Shown here piece by piece: positions 19,012 to 27,792 of a stretch of 64,000 nucleotides of DNA. A model generated the notes under the pieces. That model ran no database searches, was not told the DNA's origin, and saw nothing but the letters and a program-made list of their open reading frames with translations. Numbering within the stretch: the stretch's first letter is position 1; each line of letters opens with the position of its first letter. The translations under genes and the position numbers were made by a program. The stretch spans positions 2,852 through 66,851 of the forward strand of contig CAKPHZ010000003.1 of the NCBI GenBank assembly GCA_934162265.1, given 5' to 3'. Origin of the DNA: an uncultured Bacilli bacterium (lineage in GTDB: Bacteria; Bacillota_I; Bacilli_A; RF39; UBA660).

Positions 19012-19191
19012 TTAGTGACGCATAATGAATTTTTTTGCCATAAATACAATTGAAGAAACAATCGATAAGGCAAAAGGCACAAATAACATAGGAGTTGAAA
19101 TAATAGTCTCTCCAACAGTTCCAATATGACCTAATACAGCTGTAAACACAGAACCTAATGAAGTCAACATAGTAGCTAAAGTTTCACCCAT
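19012..19191 (-). CDS. Major coat protein (pVIII-like) candidate
   Basis: 59 aa: MGETLATMLTSLGSVFTAVLGHIGTVGETIISTPMLFVPFALSIVSSIVFMAKKFIMRH. It has a hydrophobic core, a basic C-terminus and the RBS AGGTGG. Confidence 0.6.
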   Translation of the reverse strand: MGETLATMLTSLGSVFTAVLGHIGTVGETIISTPMLFVPFALSIVSSIVFMAKKFIMRH

Positions 19192-19241
19192 ATCACATCC
19201 CACCTTTCTATTCCTTTTTTATTAAAACATTAAAAAATGCT

Positions 19242-19400
19242 TTAAACTAGTTCATAATTTAGTTTAAATAATTCCAATTCAGCGGAATTTAAGAAAACTA
19301 ACTTTTCGGCATTATCTGAAAGTTTGATAACAAGAACTTCATACTTACTGCCTTTTTTGGAAGTTCGTGTTTCTAATGTCGCTTGAATTTCAACATCCAT
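19242..19400 (-). CDS. Small prophage protein upstream of the coat gene (gene V position; function not established)
   Basis: Own translation, 52 aa: MDVEIQATLETRTSKKGSKYEVLVIKLSDNAEKLVFLNSAELELFKLNYELV. Confidence 0.35.
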   Translation of the reverse strand: MDVEIQATLETRTSKKGSKYEVLVIKLSDNAEKLVFLNSAELELFKLNYELV

Positions 19401-19436
19401 TTGTTACACTCTCCTCTCTAATAAAAAAATAACATT

Positions 19437-19460
19437 AAAAAAATTGAGGTACGACCTCAA
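19437..19460 (-). terminator. Rho-independent terminator-like hairpin inside the prophage
   Basis: TTGAGGT-CGT-ACCTCAA followed by a T-run on the minus strand. Confidence 0.45.
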
Positions 19461-19656
19461 TTAAATTTATAAATTTTTAAAACTTTAGGAATTTGTATAT
19501 AATATAAATTTTTCGTTTTAAAACGATATTTTAATTCTTTTTTTCTACGATGAACAAAATTAGATAATTCATCAAGATTATCACAATAAGCAATTAAATT
19601 ATCATACTTATCATAAACAACATAATACTCCAAGATATCCTTTCTAAATTAGATAA

Positions 19657-19678
19657 GATTCCCTTCAGCTGCTCCATT
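19657..19678. repeat. attR (original tRNA 3' end fragment)
   Basis: GATTCCCTTCAGCTGCTCCATT matches 12494-12515 at 21 of 22 positions. Confidence 0.75.
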
Positions 19679-19688
19679 TGAAAAATTA

Positions 19689-19709
19689 ACGCCCGTTGGG
19701 TGTTTTTTT
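19689..19709 (+). terminator. Rho-independent terminator (presumably the original tRNA terminator)
   Basis: ACGCCC-GTT-GGGTGT stem followed by T7, directly after attR. Confidence 0.5.
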
Positions 19710-19710
19710 G

Positions 19711-19740
19711 TGGAGTAGCTTTGAAGGGAAACCCTCGTCT
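19711..19740 (-). repeat. Inverted, degenerate copy of the tRNA-Gly 3' half
   Basis: The reverse complement AGACGAGGGTTTCCCTTCAAAGCTACTCCA compares with the tRNA sequence AGACGAGGGTTTGACTCCCTTCAGCTGCTCCA. It has a 4-nt T-loop deletion. Confidence 0.5.
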
Positions 19741-19795
19741 TGCTTAGCTTTTTTAAGATAAAGAACTTGCTCTTAAAAAAATTATTATAAATCAA

Positions 19796-20563
19796 TTAAT
19801 TATACGCTAAACTAACTTTTATTATTTTTTTGAAGTTGATTATACTTTCTTTTATAAAATTCCATCTAATACATACAATGTATCTTTCCTTTGCATATTT
19901 TGAATCATGATTCAAATTTCTTTTTTTAGGTCCAATAGTCATACAAGCTATGTGAGGAGATGTGTAATCTAGACATCTTTTAGATAAAATTAAATCATAG
20001 ATGTCATGTTTCATTATCCAAACATAATGATTAGTTGTTCCACATACCAAAGCATCAATGTCATAATCTGAATTCCTGCCTCGAACAATAAATCTATCTA
20101 TCATATCTACTATTATTCTTGTTTTATTTATGCAATTGTTAAAAATATCAATTTCACTTTGGTATATTTTTTTATATTCTTCTGAACTTAATGATTGTGA
20201 GAAATTTATTTTTCCTTCTTTATCTTTTGCATACCCATAATGGTAACTTACATATTTATCAATTGTATTATATTGTATTCCTAATTTTTCTAAATACATT
20301 TTAAATTCTTGGATTTGTTCATGGTGCATAGAATTACTATTACCACATTTTAAACTAATTCCTTTGACATTATTTTTATATTTAATAAATATATCTGCTT
20401 TTTGAACCATTTTATTTTTCCAAGATATAATTGGTTCATCATTTTTTACTTTTTCTCCAAATAGTTCATATAAAAATTGAATTGAATTTTGATCTAATTC
20501 ATTTAAGTATTTATTGTTAAATAATTTTACAAAATCATATTCATTCTGATATCCGTTATTCAT
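19796..20563 (-). CDS. Hypothetical protein; possible PD-(D/E)xK restriction-endonuclease-like fold (weak)
   Basis: 255 aa. The segment KADIFIKYKNNVKGISLKCG gives a D-x13-S-x-K arrangement that recalls the MspI/HpaII-type catalytic segment. No methyltransferase lies nearby. Confidence 0.35.
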   Translation of the reverse strand: MNNGYQNEYDFVKLFNNKYLNELDQNSIQFLYELFGEKVKNDEPIISWKNKMVQKADIFIKYKNNVKGISLKCGNSNSMHHEQIQEFKMYLEKLGIQYNTIDKYVSYHYGYAKDKEGKINFSQSLSSEEYKKIYQSEIDIFNNCINKTRIIVDMIDRFIVRGRNSDYDIDALVCGTTNHYVWIMKHDIYDLILSKRCLDYTSPHIACMTIGPKKRNLNHDSKYAKERYIVCIRWNFIKESIINFKKIIKVSLAYN

Positions 20564-20989
20564 TTTTTGTCTTCTTTCAAAAAAAGAGAATATACCTTTA
20601 TGATATACTCCCGAATAGATATATTTTTCTTGCTAAAATATAAATTATCGACATCAATTTTTAATTCATTATCAACGCAAGAGATAATGTGATTTCATTA
20701 TAACAAAATTTTACTTATCATTCTAGATATTTTATCATTATTTATCAATAATTAATAATTGCCATATTTACCCTTAATCAATAACTATATATTTTGATTG
20801 TACATAACTTTCCTATTCCATTTTAATGATTTTATAAGTAGAAAAGTACTTCTTAAGTATTTTCCTTTGATAAAAAAATAATTCCCCAGAAAGAATTTTT
20901 GCATAAACTAATTTGAAGGAGAAATTATGGAAACACAATTAACCAATACAGCTTCTGTCTTAGTTAAAGATTGAAGCATTTAAAATATA

Positions 20990-21319
20990 TTACCAATACT
21001 TACTTTCATAAATTACTTCTTTTGTGATTTCGTTAATGGCAACAAATGAAAGATTACCATGGTTGCAACTACTTTTTTTGTAGCATTTATCTTCTATTAG
21101 ATAGATAAGAAAATTATCTTTATTTTCTTGGTTGAAGAAAATTGATGTCAATGAGTGATTTTCTTTATTATAATCTTTATAGTAGCCTATCCAAATAGAT
21201 TGAGATTGATATTTCTTTTGGAAATCTTCTTGACTTAGATTTTTATCTATATAATATAACGAAGTACTTGTTTCTGCTTGAAGTAATCCATTTGTCTGTT
21301 CAAATTTTATTTTTTCCAC
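20990..21319 (-). CDS. Hypothetical protein
   Basis: 109-aa ORF. No motif recognised. Confidence 0.4.
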   Translation of the reverse strand: MEKIKFEQTNGLLQAETSTSLYYIDKNLSQEDFQKKYQSQSIWIGYYKDYNKENHSLTSIFFNQENKDNFLIYLIEDKCYKKSSCNHGNLSFVAINEITKEVIYESKYW

Positions 21320-21539
21320 ATTATTGTGGATTTCTTTAGGGAATACTTTTGAAGATTTTTCTATTAATGAATAATATTTTTTATCTGTAATAGGATTTTC
21401 AAAATTAATAAAAGATATTACTACTATACTAAAGATATAATAAAATATTAATAAATAAGTACAAATGACTTTTGTAATGATACTGTTTTACAAAATAATA
21501 AAAATATGATACTCTTATTATAGGAAAGGAGTATAAAAA

Positions 21540-22199
21540 GTGGAAAATCAAAATAATAACAGAGGAGTTATTACATTACTTATAGTATTTATAGTTATCT
21601 TGGCAGTGTTATGCGTTTTATTTGCAACAGGGACTATTAGTTTGAAGCCTAGTACAACAAATAATGGTCAACAAGCTAGTGAAAATAATTCTCAAAATGA
21701 TGAAGTAATAAGTAATGAAGAAGCAGTTATTATTTCTAAAAACATCATGGACAAATATTTTAATGAAGTTTTTTATTATCATCAAGCACCATATTGCGGA
21801 ACAGGTACATATGATTTTAATGAAGGAGAGTCATTACAATATTATACTGCAGAAAATGGAAATTCTTATTTACCATCAAAAGAATATAAAACTAAATCTG
21901 AAATAATAGAATATTTCAAATCTTATCTATCTGATGAATTAATTGAAAAAATAGTAAATGATAGAGATTACATAGAAAAAGATGATAAATTATATTGTTT
22001 AGTTCCAAATAAAGGATCATTATCATATGTTAAGGAAAAATCAATATATGAAGTAAGTGATATCACTGAAAATAAGATTATTGGAAAAGGAATAATCGCA
22101 TATGATGCTACAGGAGCAGAATTAACATTAAAAGCTGATTTTACCTTAATAAGAAAAAATAATAATTGGATATTAGATAATTATAAAGAAGACCTTTAA
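21540..22199 (+). CDS. Hypothetical membrane-anchored extracytoplasmic protein
   Basis: GTG start after the RBS AAGGAG. TM VITLLIVFIVILAVLCVLFA. The domain resembles the C-terminal part of the 6331-7308 product. Confidence 0.5.
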   Translation: MENQNNNRGVITLLIVFIVILAVLCVLFATGTISLKPSTTNNGQQASENNSQNDEVISNEEAVIISKNIMDKYFNEVFYYHQAPYCGTGTYDFNEGESLQYYTAENGNSYLPSKEYKTKSEIIEYFKSYLSDELIEKIVNDRDYIEKDDKLYCLVPNKGSLSYVKEKSIYEVSDITENKIIGKGIIAYDATGAELTLKADFTLIRKNNNWILDNYKEDL

Positions 22200-22268
22200 A
22201 AAGTCTTTTTTTATTAATACTTCTTAATGATTGATTAGAAGTATAAGTTACATTATACGCCCCTCTCA

Positions 22269-22301
22269 GAACTGTGCGTGCAACTTTCCCACACACAGCT
22301 C
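22269..22301 (-). ncRNA. Group II intron domain V-like hairpin (probable intron 3' remnant)
   Basis: The minus strand reads GAGCTGTGTGTGGGAAAGTTGCACGCACAGTTC. It has a 10-bp basal stem GAGCTGTGTG/CGCACAGTTC with the AGC triad, a CA bulge and a GAAA-containing apical loop. It is a GC-rich island in AT-rich spacer, and no RT ORF is adjacent. Confidence 0.35.
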
Positions 22302-22489
22302 TTAGTAATATAGCATCTATTTATCAAATATCATAGATCAGGCTGTTGACAATACCAAAAGGTATTGACTAAATAATAACTATTATTATAATATGAATTA
22401 ATTTGAATGGATTATTTATTGTAAGAAAGCATCATTACACAACTTTTACGATACTCCTAAGAAATGATATTTTTTGTTTATTTAACTTT

Positions 22490-23341
22490 CTATATTGCAA
22501 TAACTTTTCCTTCTAAATTACATATATATGCATTGGGTAATAATTTTTTTATTTCATTTAATTTTGATTGATCTTTTTCATATTCTCTACCTACTAATAT
22601 TCCTTCAATTAAATTTGCTGGTAGTCCAAAGAGAATTGCACTTTCTCGATCAGTAAAGAAATCATCCTTATTTTTTCTATCAATTAAAAATCGTTCATAA
22701 TATTTATCATTGACAAATTCTTTTACTTCTACATCATTTATATTTTCATATTGTAAAATGTCCCCTTTTAATAATTCTTTTGTGTATTTATTATCACCAT
22801 TAAAAATAATACCAATTTGCACCTTATCTTGAACTAAACTAGGCATAAATCTTGCTTCTTTAGTTTGTTCCATTTGCCATGCTAAATATCCTTTTTCTAT
22901 TACTTTATTCATTAATGTAGATATATCAGAAAAACTTATCACTTCCGTTTCTTTATTATTATCTGGTTGATTAAAGTATTTTACTGTACCTCCTGAATAA
23001 AAATTAATATATTCTTTTAATGGATAATCTTTCCTAAGATTCCAAACACCAACAGAACTAGGATATTTTGTTCCCCTGCCTTCTATGAACCAACTTGATA
23101 TTAGTCCATCTTTAACAATTTCTTTTAATCCTTCTATATTTTTATAAGTTCCATGAAGTAGTGTTCCTTTTTTTAAAAATACTTCATCCCCTACTTTATA
23201 ATTATGATTCGGTAATTTAAATGACTTGGCTTCGTCGTATTTTTCAATTTGTTTTATCATAATATCTGCTGATAATTTATTTAATTTACTTTTAGTAATT
23301 CTAATATAAGTTTCTTTATTCATTCTCTTCACTCCAATCAA
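22490..23341 (-). CDS. Hypothetical protein
   Basis: 283-aa ORF overlapping the upstream NUDIX gene by 26 nt. Confidence 0.5.
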   Translation of the reverse strand: MIGVKRMNKETYIRITKSKLNKLSADIMIKQIEKYDEAKSFKLPNHNYKVGDEVFLKKGTLLHGTYKNIEGLKEIVKDGLISSWFIEGRGTKYPSSVGVWNLRKDYPLKEYINFYSGGTVKYFNQPDNNKETEVISFSDISTLMNKVIEKGYLAWQMEQTKEARFMPSLVQDKVQIGIIFNGDNKYTKELLKGDILQYENINDVEVKEFVNDKYYERFLIDRKNKDDFFTDRESAILFGLPANLIEGILVGREYEKDQSKLNEIKKLLPNAYICNLEGKVIAI

Positions 23342-23792
23342 TATAATGAATTATGTTTAAATTATTACTTTTTATATATGATATAGTTTTTTTGGGTAAT
23401 ATTTTAATTTTGTCTAACTTATCTATATCTATCCAGTGAAAAGTTTGTCCTTCATGATCTAAACAATTAAAATCTACTTTATCAATTTTTCCATTGTATA
23501 TTGCTTTATAGCAGAAGTTATATTGCATGATATTTTGACTTTTTCTTTTTAGAAAATTTTCTTCTAGGCTACATAATCCATATTCTAAATCGTATCCTGT
23601 TTCTTCTAATATTTCTCTTTTAATAGCAGTTTTGCTATCTTCATTAAATTTTATTTTACCACCTGGTAATAAATAGAAATCTCTACCATCTTCTATTTTA
23701 AATAATAATACTTTTGTCTTATCTTTATTATAAATAATAGCACTTGCTCTTGCATGAAAACTATTATTATTTATTTCCATTTTTAAATCCAT
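23316..23792 (-). CDS. NUDIX hydrolase
   Basis: Nudix box GGKIKFNEDSKTAIKREILEETGY. Confidence 0.8.
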   Translation of the reverse strand: MDLKMEINNNSFHARASAIIYNKDKTKVLLFKIEDGRDFYLLPGGKIKFNEDSKTAIKREILEETGYDLEYGLCSLEENFLKRKSQNIMQYNFCYKAIYNGKIDKVDFNCLDHEGQTFHWIDIDKLDKIKILPKKTISYIKSNNLNIIHYIDWSEENE

Positions 23793-23865
23793 ATTTTCTC
23801 CTATCTTTTAGAAACTGAATTTTTTTCTAATTTTGTTTGATTTCCTTCATCAAAAACTCCTTTAG

Positions 23866-24192
23866 CTAAAAACATTTTTTTATTAATGACTGTAAGTAAT
23901 CATCATTTATTCCTATTTTATTTATTAAAAATTGATAATCTTGTTCTGAGATTTTTCCGTCTTTAACTCTTTGTTTGATATCAAACATTTCCCTATATTC
24001 ATCTACTTTTTTTTGATCATCACAACATAATTCAAAAACATCTGCATCATTTGGGATATATCCATTTTTGATTTTATTCATTATACTATTAGCAGAATCA
24101 CTATTATTTATTTTTTGTTTTTGATATTGTTCATATCTTTTATTAATTAATGCTTGTTCTAAATCTTTATCATAGAAATCCATTTCAATCAC
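23866..24192 (-). CDS. Hypothetical protein
   Basis: 108-aa ORF. Confidence 0.4.
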   Translation of the reverse strand: MIEMDFYDKDLEQALINKRYEQYQKQKINNSDSANSIMNKIKNGYIPNDADVFELCCDDQKKVDEYREMFDIKQRVKDGKISEQDYQFLINKIGINDDYLQSLIKKCF

Positions 24193-24196
24193 CTTT

Positions 24197-24757
24197 TTAT
24201 TTATTGTTAAGTGCGTCTTTCTTAAATTTATTTAACATTTTTGCTATTAATACTACTGTTTCGTTTGAATCTAATCTATTTCCGTCACCGCCATTATTTA
24301 TAAAATCATTCCATTCTTCAAGTGCTATATCTATAGTATTATTATTAATTTTATCTTTAAATATAGTTAGTGCTGTGTTTTTATAATTCATTAAGGATAC
24401 TGCTCCTAAAGCTTTATAATAAGATTTTTCAGGAATATTAGATTTTTTATAAAAATCTAAGGCCATTTCATCATTTACTTCTCTTGGGTTATTTAATATT
24501 ATCTTATTGCATCTATAAATTGTTGTTGCTCCTTCTATTTTTATATTGTCTGCATCATCTGGAACTTCTACATCATATATGATGTTTCCCCTATGTAGCC
24601 ATCTAATGATACAAGTTTCATCTGCATAATTAAATCCTCCAAAATCTTTTCCATTTTCTGCTGAAGGGTTCCAATTATTTGCAACATTAATTTCTCCAAT
24701 CTTATACTCAAAATTTGCTCCTTTATTGCCAAACATTACTTTTACAAATTTACTCAT
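24197..24757 (-). CDS. Hypothetical protein
   Basis: 186-aa ORF. Confidence 0.45.
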   Translation of the reverse strand: MSKFVKVMFGNKGANFEYKIGEINVANNWNPSAENGKDFGGFNYADETCIIRWLHRGNIIYDVEVPDDADNIKIEGATTIYRCNKIILNNPREVNDEMALDFYKKSNIPEKSYYKALGAVSLMNYKNTALTIFKDKINNNTIDIALEEWNDFINNGGDGNRLDSNETVVLIAKMLNKFKKDALNNK

Positions 24758-24921
24758 TATAATTCCACTCTTCTTTCATCATCTGATATATTTTTTGCTT
24801 TTCTTCTTTTGGAAAAGTATCTTTTTGACATTTAAATTTACTATTTGACCATTTTCAAAAATTATATCCAAAATGTTTATCTTTATAAATTTTATTAAAT
24901 AATTTAAGGTCGTTTTTATAC

Positions 24922-25533
24922 CTACCCATTCTGATTTTTACTATACATTTCTTTTTTGTAATATAATGTTCTTAATTTGTCCAAACCTAATGTATTATAA
25001 TCAAAATCAAAGCCATAACTATTTAATTCATTTATTAAGGCATTTCTTTGATTATCAAGTGGTAATTCATAATAATCAGGATTATCATAATAAATTAAAA
25101 GTCCAACATTTTCAATATCTTGTAATTGTATTCTAGACTTCATATCACCGATAGAATACTGATAATCAACTTTAGAAGTATCAAATACTTTGACATATCC
25201 ATTATTTTCTATTTTTTTAATATATTCATTAACTTCTTCTAAAGTTAGTTCTTTTTGATTGTCTTTATTTACGATGAAGTTATCTGCATTTTGAAATCTA
25301 TAACTTTTCTTTGACACACCAGAAAAGTCAACTCCACCAAATCCTTCTGTAATTCTTAATCTAATACAAGAATTTTTCATTTCATTCTCTGTCATATTCT
25401 CAAGATTTTTATTAGTCCAATATATATCATGCGTTTTACAATTAAACCTATTAATTGCATTATGTGAAGATAAAATTTCTTCATAATATTTTATATTCTT
25501 ATTTAATTTAAAACCGACTTCTACAACAATCAT
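24922..25533 (-). CDS. Hypothetical protein (weak CYTH-like impression only)
   Basis: 203-aa ORF. The N-terminal VVEVGFKL and IRLRI segments are only loosely CYTH-like. Confidence 0.4.
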   Translation of the reverse strand: MIVVEVGFKLNKNIKYYEEILSSHNAINRFNCKTHDIYWTNKNLENMTENEMKNSCIRLRITEGFGGVDFSGVSKKSYRFQNADNFIVNKDNQKELTLEEVNEYIKKIENNGYVKVFDTSKVDYQYSIGDMKSRIQLQDIENVGLLIYYDNPDYYELPLDNQRNALINELNSYGFDFDYNTLGLDKLRTLYYKKEMYSKNQNG

Positions 25534-25583
25534 AAAATTCTTCCTTTTATCAAAAAATTATAAAATCATTCTATATACTCTTT

Positions 25584-26201
25584 CTAAGCATTACTGACTT
25601 TTTTTATATTAATTAAATTTTTATTATTATTAAATATTAATTCAAAAATATCACAGTTATCCACCTTAGTATCAGCAATTATTTTGTTATTATAAGAAAT
25701 ATGTTCTTTTGTAATATCACACCATTTCATCAATAAGAATAACATTGCTGTCGAATGGGTAACTATTGCAATTTTTTTATCTTCTTCTAATACTTCCATT
25801 AATGATTTGTACATTCTATCTCTTACTTCAACTTGTGATTCACCATTACCAATTTTATAGTATTCATCACTTTCTTGTCTATCGTAAAAATCTTCTGGAA
25901 TTTCATTCCAATTTGAGACTCCAAACTTTCTTTCTCCAAAACCTTCATGAATATTTATAATTAAATTATTATTTCTAGCAATATACTTTGCAGTGCCTAA
26001 GGCTCTTAAATAATTAGAGGAATATAAAGCATCAATGTTTTTTAAATTACTATTATTCATTTTATCTTCTGCTAGCAATTCTCCATCTATGCTTAAAAAT
26101 TGTTTTTCATTTTGTAATTGTAATGAATCATTATTTAAAACACTATTTGTTTTTTCTGTTTTTGAATGTCTTATTAAATAAATAGTAGTTATTTTTATCA
26201 C
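25584..26201 (-). CDS. Histidine phosphatase family protein (phosphoglycerate-mutase-like)
   Basis: IYLIRHSKTE (RH motif) and the distal VTHSTAM histidine. Confidence 0.7.
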   Translation of the reverse strand: MIKITTIYLIRHSKTEKTNSVLNNDSLQLQNEKQFLSIDGELLAEDKMNNSNLKNIDALYSSNYLRALGTAKYIARNNNLIINIHEGFGERKFGVSNWNEIPEDFYDRQESDEYYKIGNGESQVEVRDRMYKSLMEVLEEDKKIAIVTHSTAMLFLLMKWCDITKEHISYNNKIIADTKVDNCDIFELIFNNNKNLINIKKVSNA

Positions 26202-26276
26202 ACTCTCTTATATTGGATTTTTAAAATTCATTATTAAAGTTTTTATCAGTATTTTTCGTTTATAGAAAAAAGAGGT

Positions 26277-27230
26277 CTATTCCCCTTTGTTGTCATATTT
26301 ATAGAAACCTTCTTTTGAGGATTTACCTAATTTTCCTTCATCGATATATTGTTTTAGTAATTTAGACATTCCTTTAAAATTATAAGGGGCTAGGAAGGAT
26401 GGAATTTTTACATACATTTGAACAATGTCATAGGCTGTTTTTAGACCTACAGTATCTAGTATTTGGAATGGTCCTTCTGGAGCTCCTGTTCCTAGTGTCC
26501 AGGCTGTATCAATGCTAACGGGGTCAGATATTTCATTTACTAGTAAGTCTAGGGCTGAGAATAGAAATGGAATTAACATAGAATTTAATAAATAGCCTGA
26601 CTTTTCCTTATGAAGTGGTAATGGAATCATATTTATTTCTTTGGCAAAATTCATGACTTCATCAAAATATTTATTTTCTGTTTTGGCATGTTTCATGACT
26701 TCTGCTGTATTATTTTTCCAAATAGAGTTAGCAAAGTGTAAGGCTAAAAATTTGGTTGGTCTTCCTGTATATTTGGAAAGTTTGCTTGGTAGCATGGTAG
26801 AAGAATTGGTTACTACAATTGTTTTTTCTGGTAGTAATGGAGACATTTTTTGATATAATTCTTTTTTTGCATTAAATTCTTCAGACATAGATTCGATTAC
26901 TAAGTCAGCATCTTCTACTGCTTTTTTCATATCTAGTTCTAGTTTAATATTTTGGAATGCTTCTTCTACTTTTTTAAGACATTCTTCTTTGTTAAATTCT
27001 TCTTTTAAAGCGATACCTCGGCACCAATTATTTAGGGTTTTTCCTTCGGGTTTATCCATTAGTTCTATTGCTTCTATATAGCTTTTTCTTAAACTTTCTA
27101 GTTTTGGTTTGGTTCTTTCGATACTACTTTTGCTTCGTAGGCATATTGTTACATTAAATCCGCAGTAAGCAGATTGAAATGCTATTTGGGAGCCTAATAC
27201 GCCTCCACCCATTATTGTTATATTTTTCAT
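26277..27230 (-). CDS. 3-hydroxyacyl-CoA dehydrogenase family oxidoreductase
   Basis: Rossmann fold ITIMGGGVLGSQIAF, with central and C-terminal 3HCDH-like regions (..GFYKYD..). Confidence 0.8.
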   Translation of the reverse strand: MKNITIMGGGVLGSQIAFQSAYCGFNVTICLRSKSSIERTKPKLESLRKSYIEAIELMDKPEGKTLNNWCRGIALKEEFNKEECLKKVEEAFQNIKLELDMKKAVEDADLVIESMSEEFNAKKELYQKMSPLLPEKTIVVTNSSTMLPSKLSKYTGRPTKFLALHFANSIWKNNTAEVMKHAKTENKYFDEVMNFAKEINMIPLPLHKEKSGYLLNSMLIPFLFSALDLLVNEISDPVSIDTAWTLGTGAPEGPFQILDTVGLKTAYDIVQMYVKIPSFLAPYNFKGMSKLLKQYIDEGKLGKSSKEGFYKYDNKGE

Positions 27231-27441
27231 CTATTTTCTCCTTTCGATATTTAACTAAAGAATACTATATTTTGGAATTGTTGTAAATGATGAGAGAAGT
27301 TATTTTTTTATTTGACATTTGTTTTTACAATGATTAATAGATAATACTGATAGGGATAGAGGCTAATGTTTTAATATTTTTCTAAAGAAAAGAAGTATCT
27401 TTTTTATTAGGTACTTCTTTTATAAAGATAATAATTATAGT

Positions 27442-27708
27442 TTATTTTTTTAGTAGGTTTTTTATATTTTTTATCAGATCATAAGTGCCTCCGGCACCTA
27501 AGCCAATTGAGATAATTACTAGATTAATATCTTTGGTCATTAAATAGTAAATGGTTCCTGAGATAAGACCAATGGCTAAATTTTGAATGGGAATTAGTTT
27601 ATTATTGAACCATGGTAATTTTTTGGCAATAAAGCCGCAAATAAATGTTACTATGATAGTGACTGTTCCTATAATTGTAGATACATCCATATAATCAAAT
27701 CCTTTCAC
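27442..27708 (-). CDS. Small three-TM protein, phage-holin-like
   Basis: 88 aa. The pattern NNKLIPIQNLAIGLISG...GLGAGGTYDLIKN resembles Phage_holin_1-type proteins. No lysin is adjacent. Confidence 0.4.
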   Translation of the reverse strand: MKGFDYMDVSTIIGTVTIIVTFICGFIAKKLPWFNNKLIPIQNLAIGLISGTIYYLMTKDINLVIISIGLGAGGTYDLIKNIKNLLKK

Positions 27709-27792
27709 TATATTTTATAAAGAATTCTTAATTCTTTATAATTGAAAAGTATATTTATTTTTAACTTTTTTTCTTTTATTATAAATGAACTA

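Larger units (their letters stand above)
12494..19678 (-). mobile_element. Integrated filamentous-phage (Inoviridae-like) prophage, ~7.2 kb, in the tRNA-Gly 3' end
   Basis: Bounded by 22-bp att repeats. The circular gene order is Rep - small ORFs - int - att - small ORFs - coat - two pIII-like - small TM proteins - Zot-like ATPase - intergenic origin, which is the canonical inovirus layout. Genes are tightly overlapping (ATGA-type junctions) and all on one strand. Confidence 0.75.

Noticed and set aside
18896-19124. The 22-codon N-terminal extension of ORF 18218-18961, and ORF 18936-19124(-).
   Set aside because: The RBS and signal peptide begin at the internal ATG at 18895. The 18936-19124 ORF overlaps the better-supported coat-like gene in another frame.
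12494-19678. Alternative reading of the element as an integrated pMV158-type rolling-circle plasmid rather than a phage.
   Set aside because: The Zot-like ATPase, the coat-like peptide with a basic C-terminus, the secreted C-anchored proteins, the chain of tiny TM ORFs and the Ff-like gene order argue for an inovirus. Only the Rep/dso module looks plasmid-derived.
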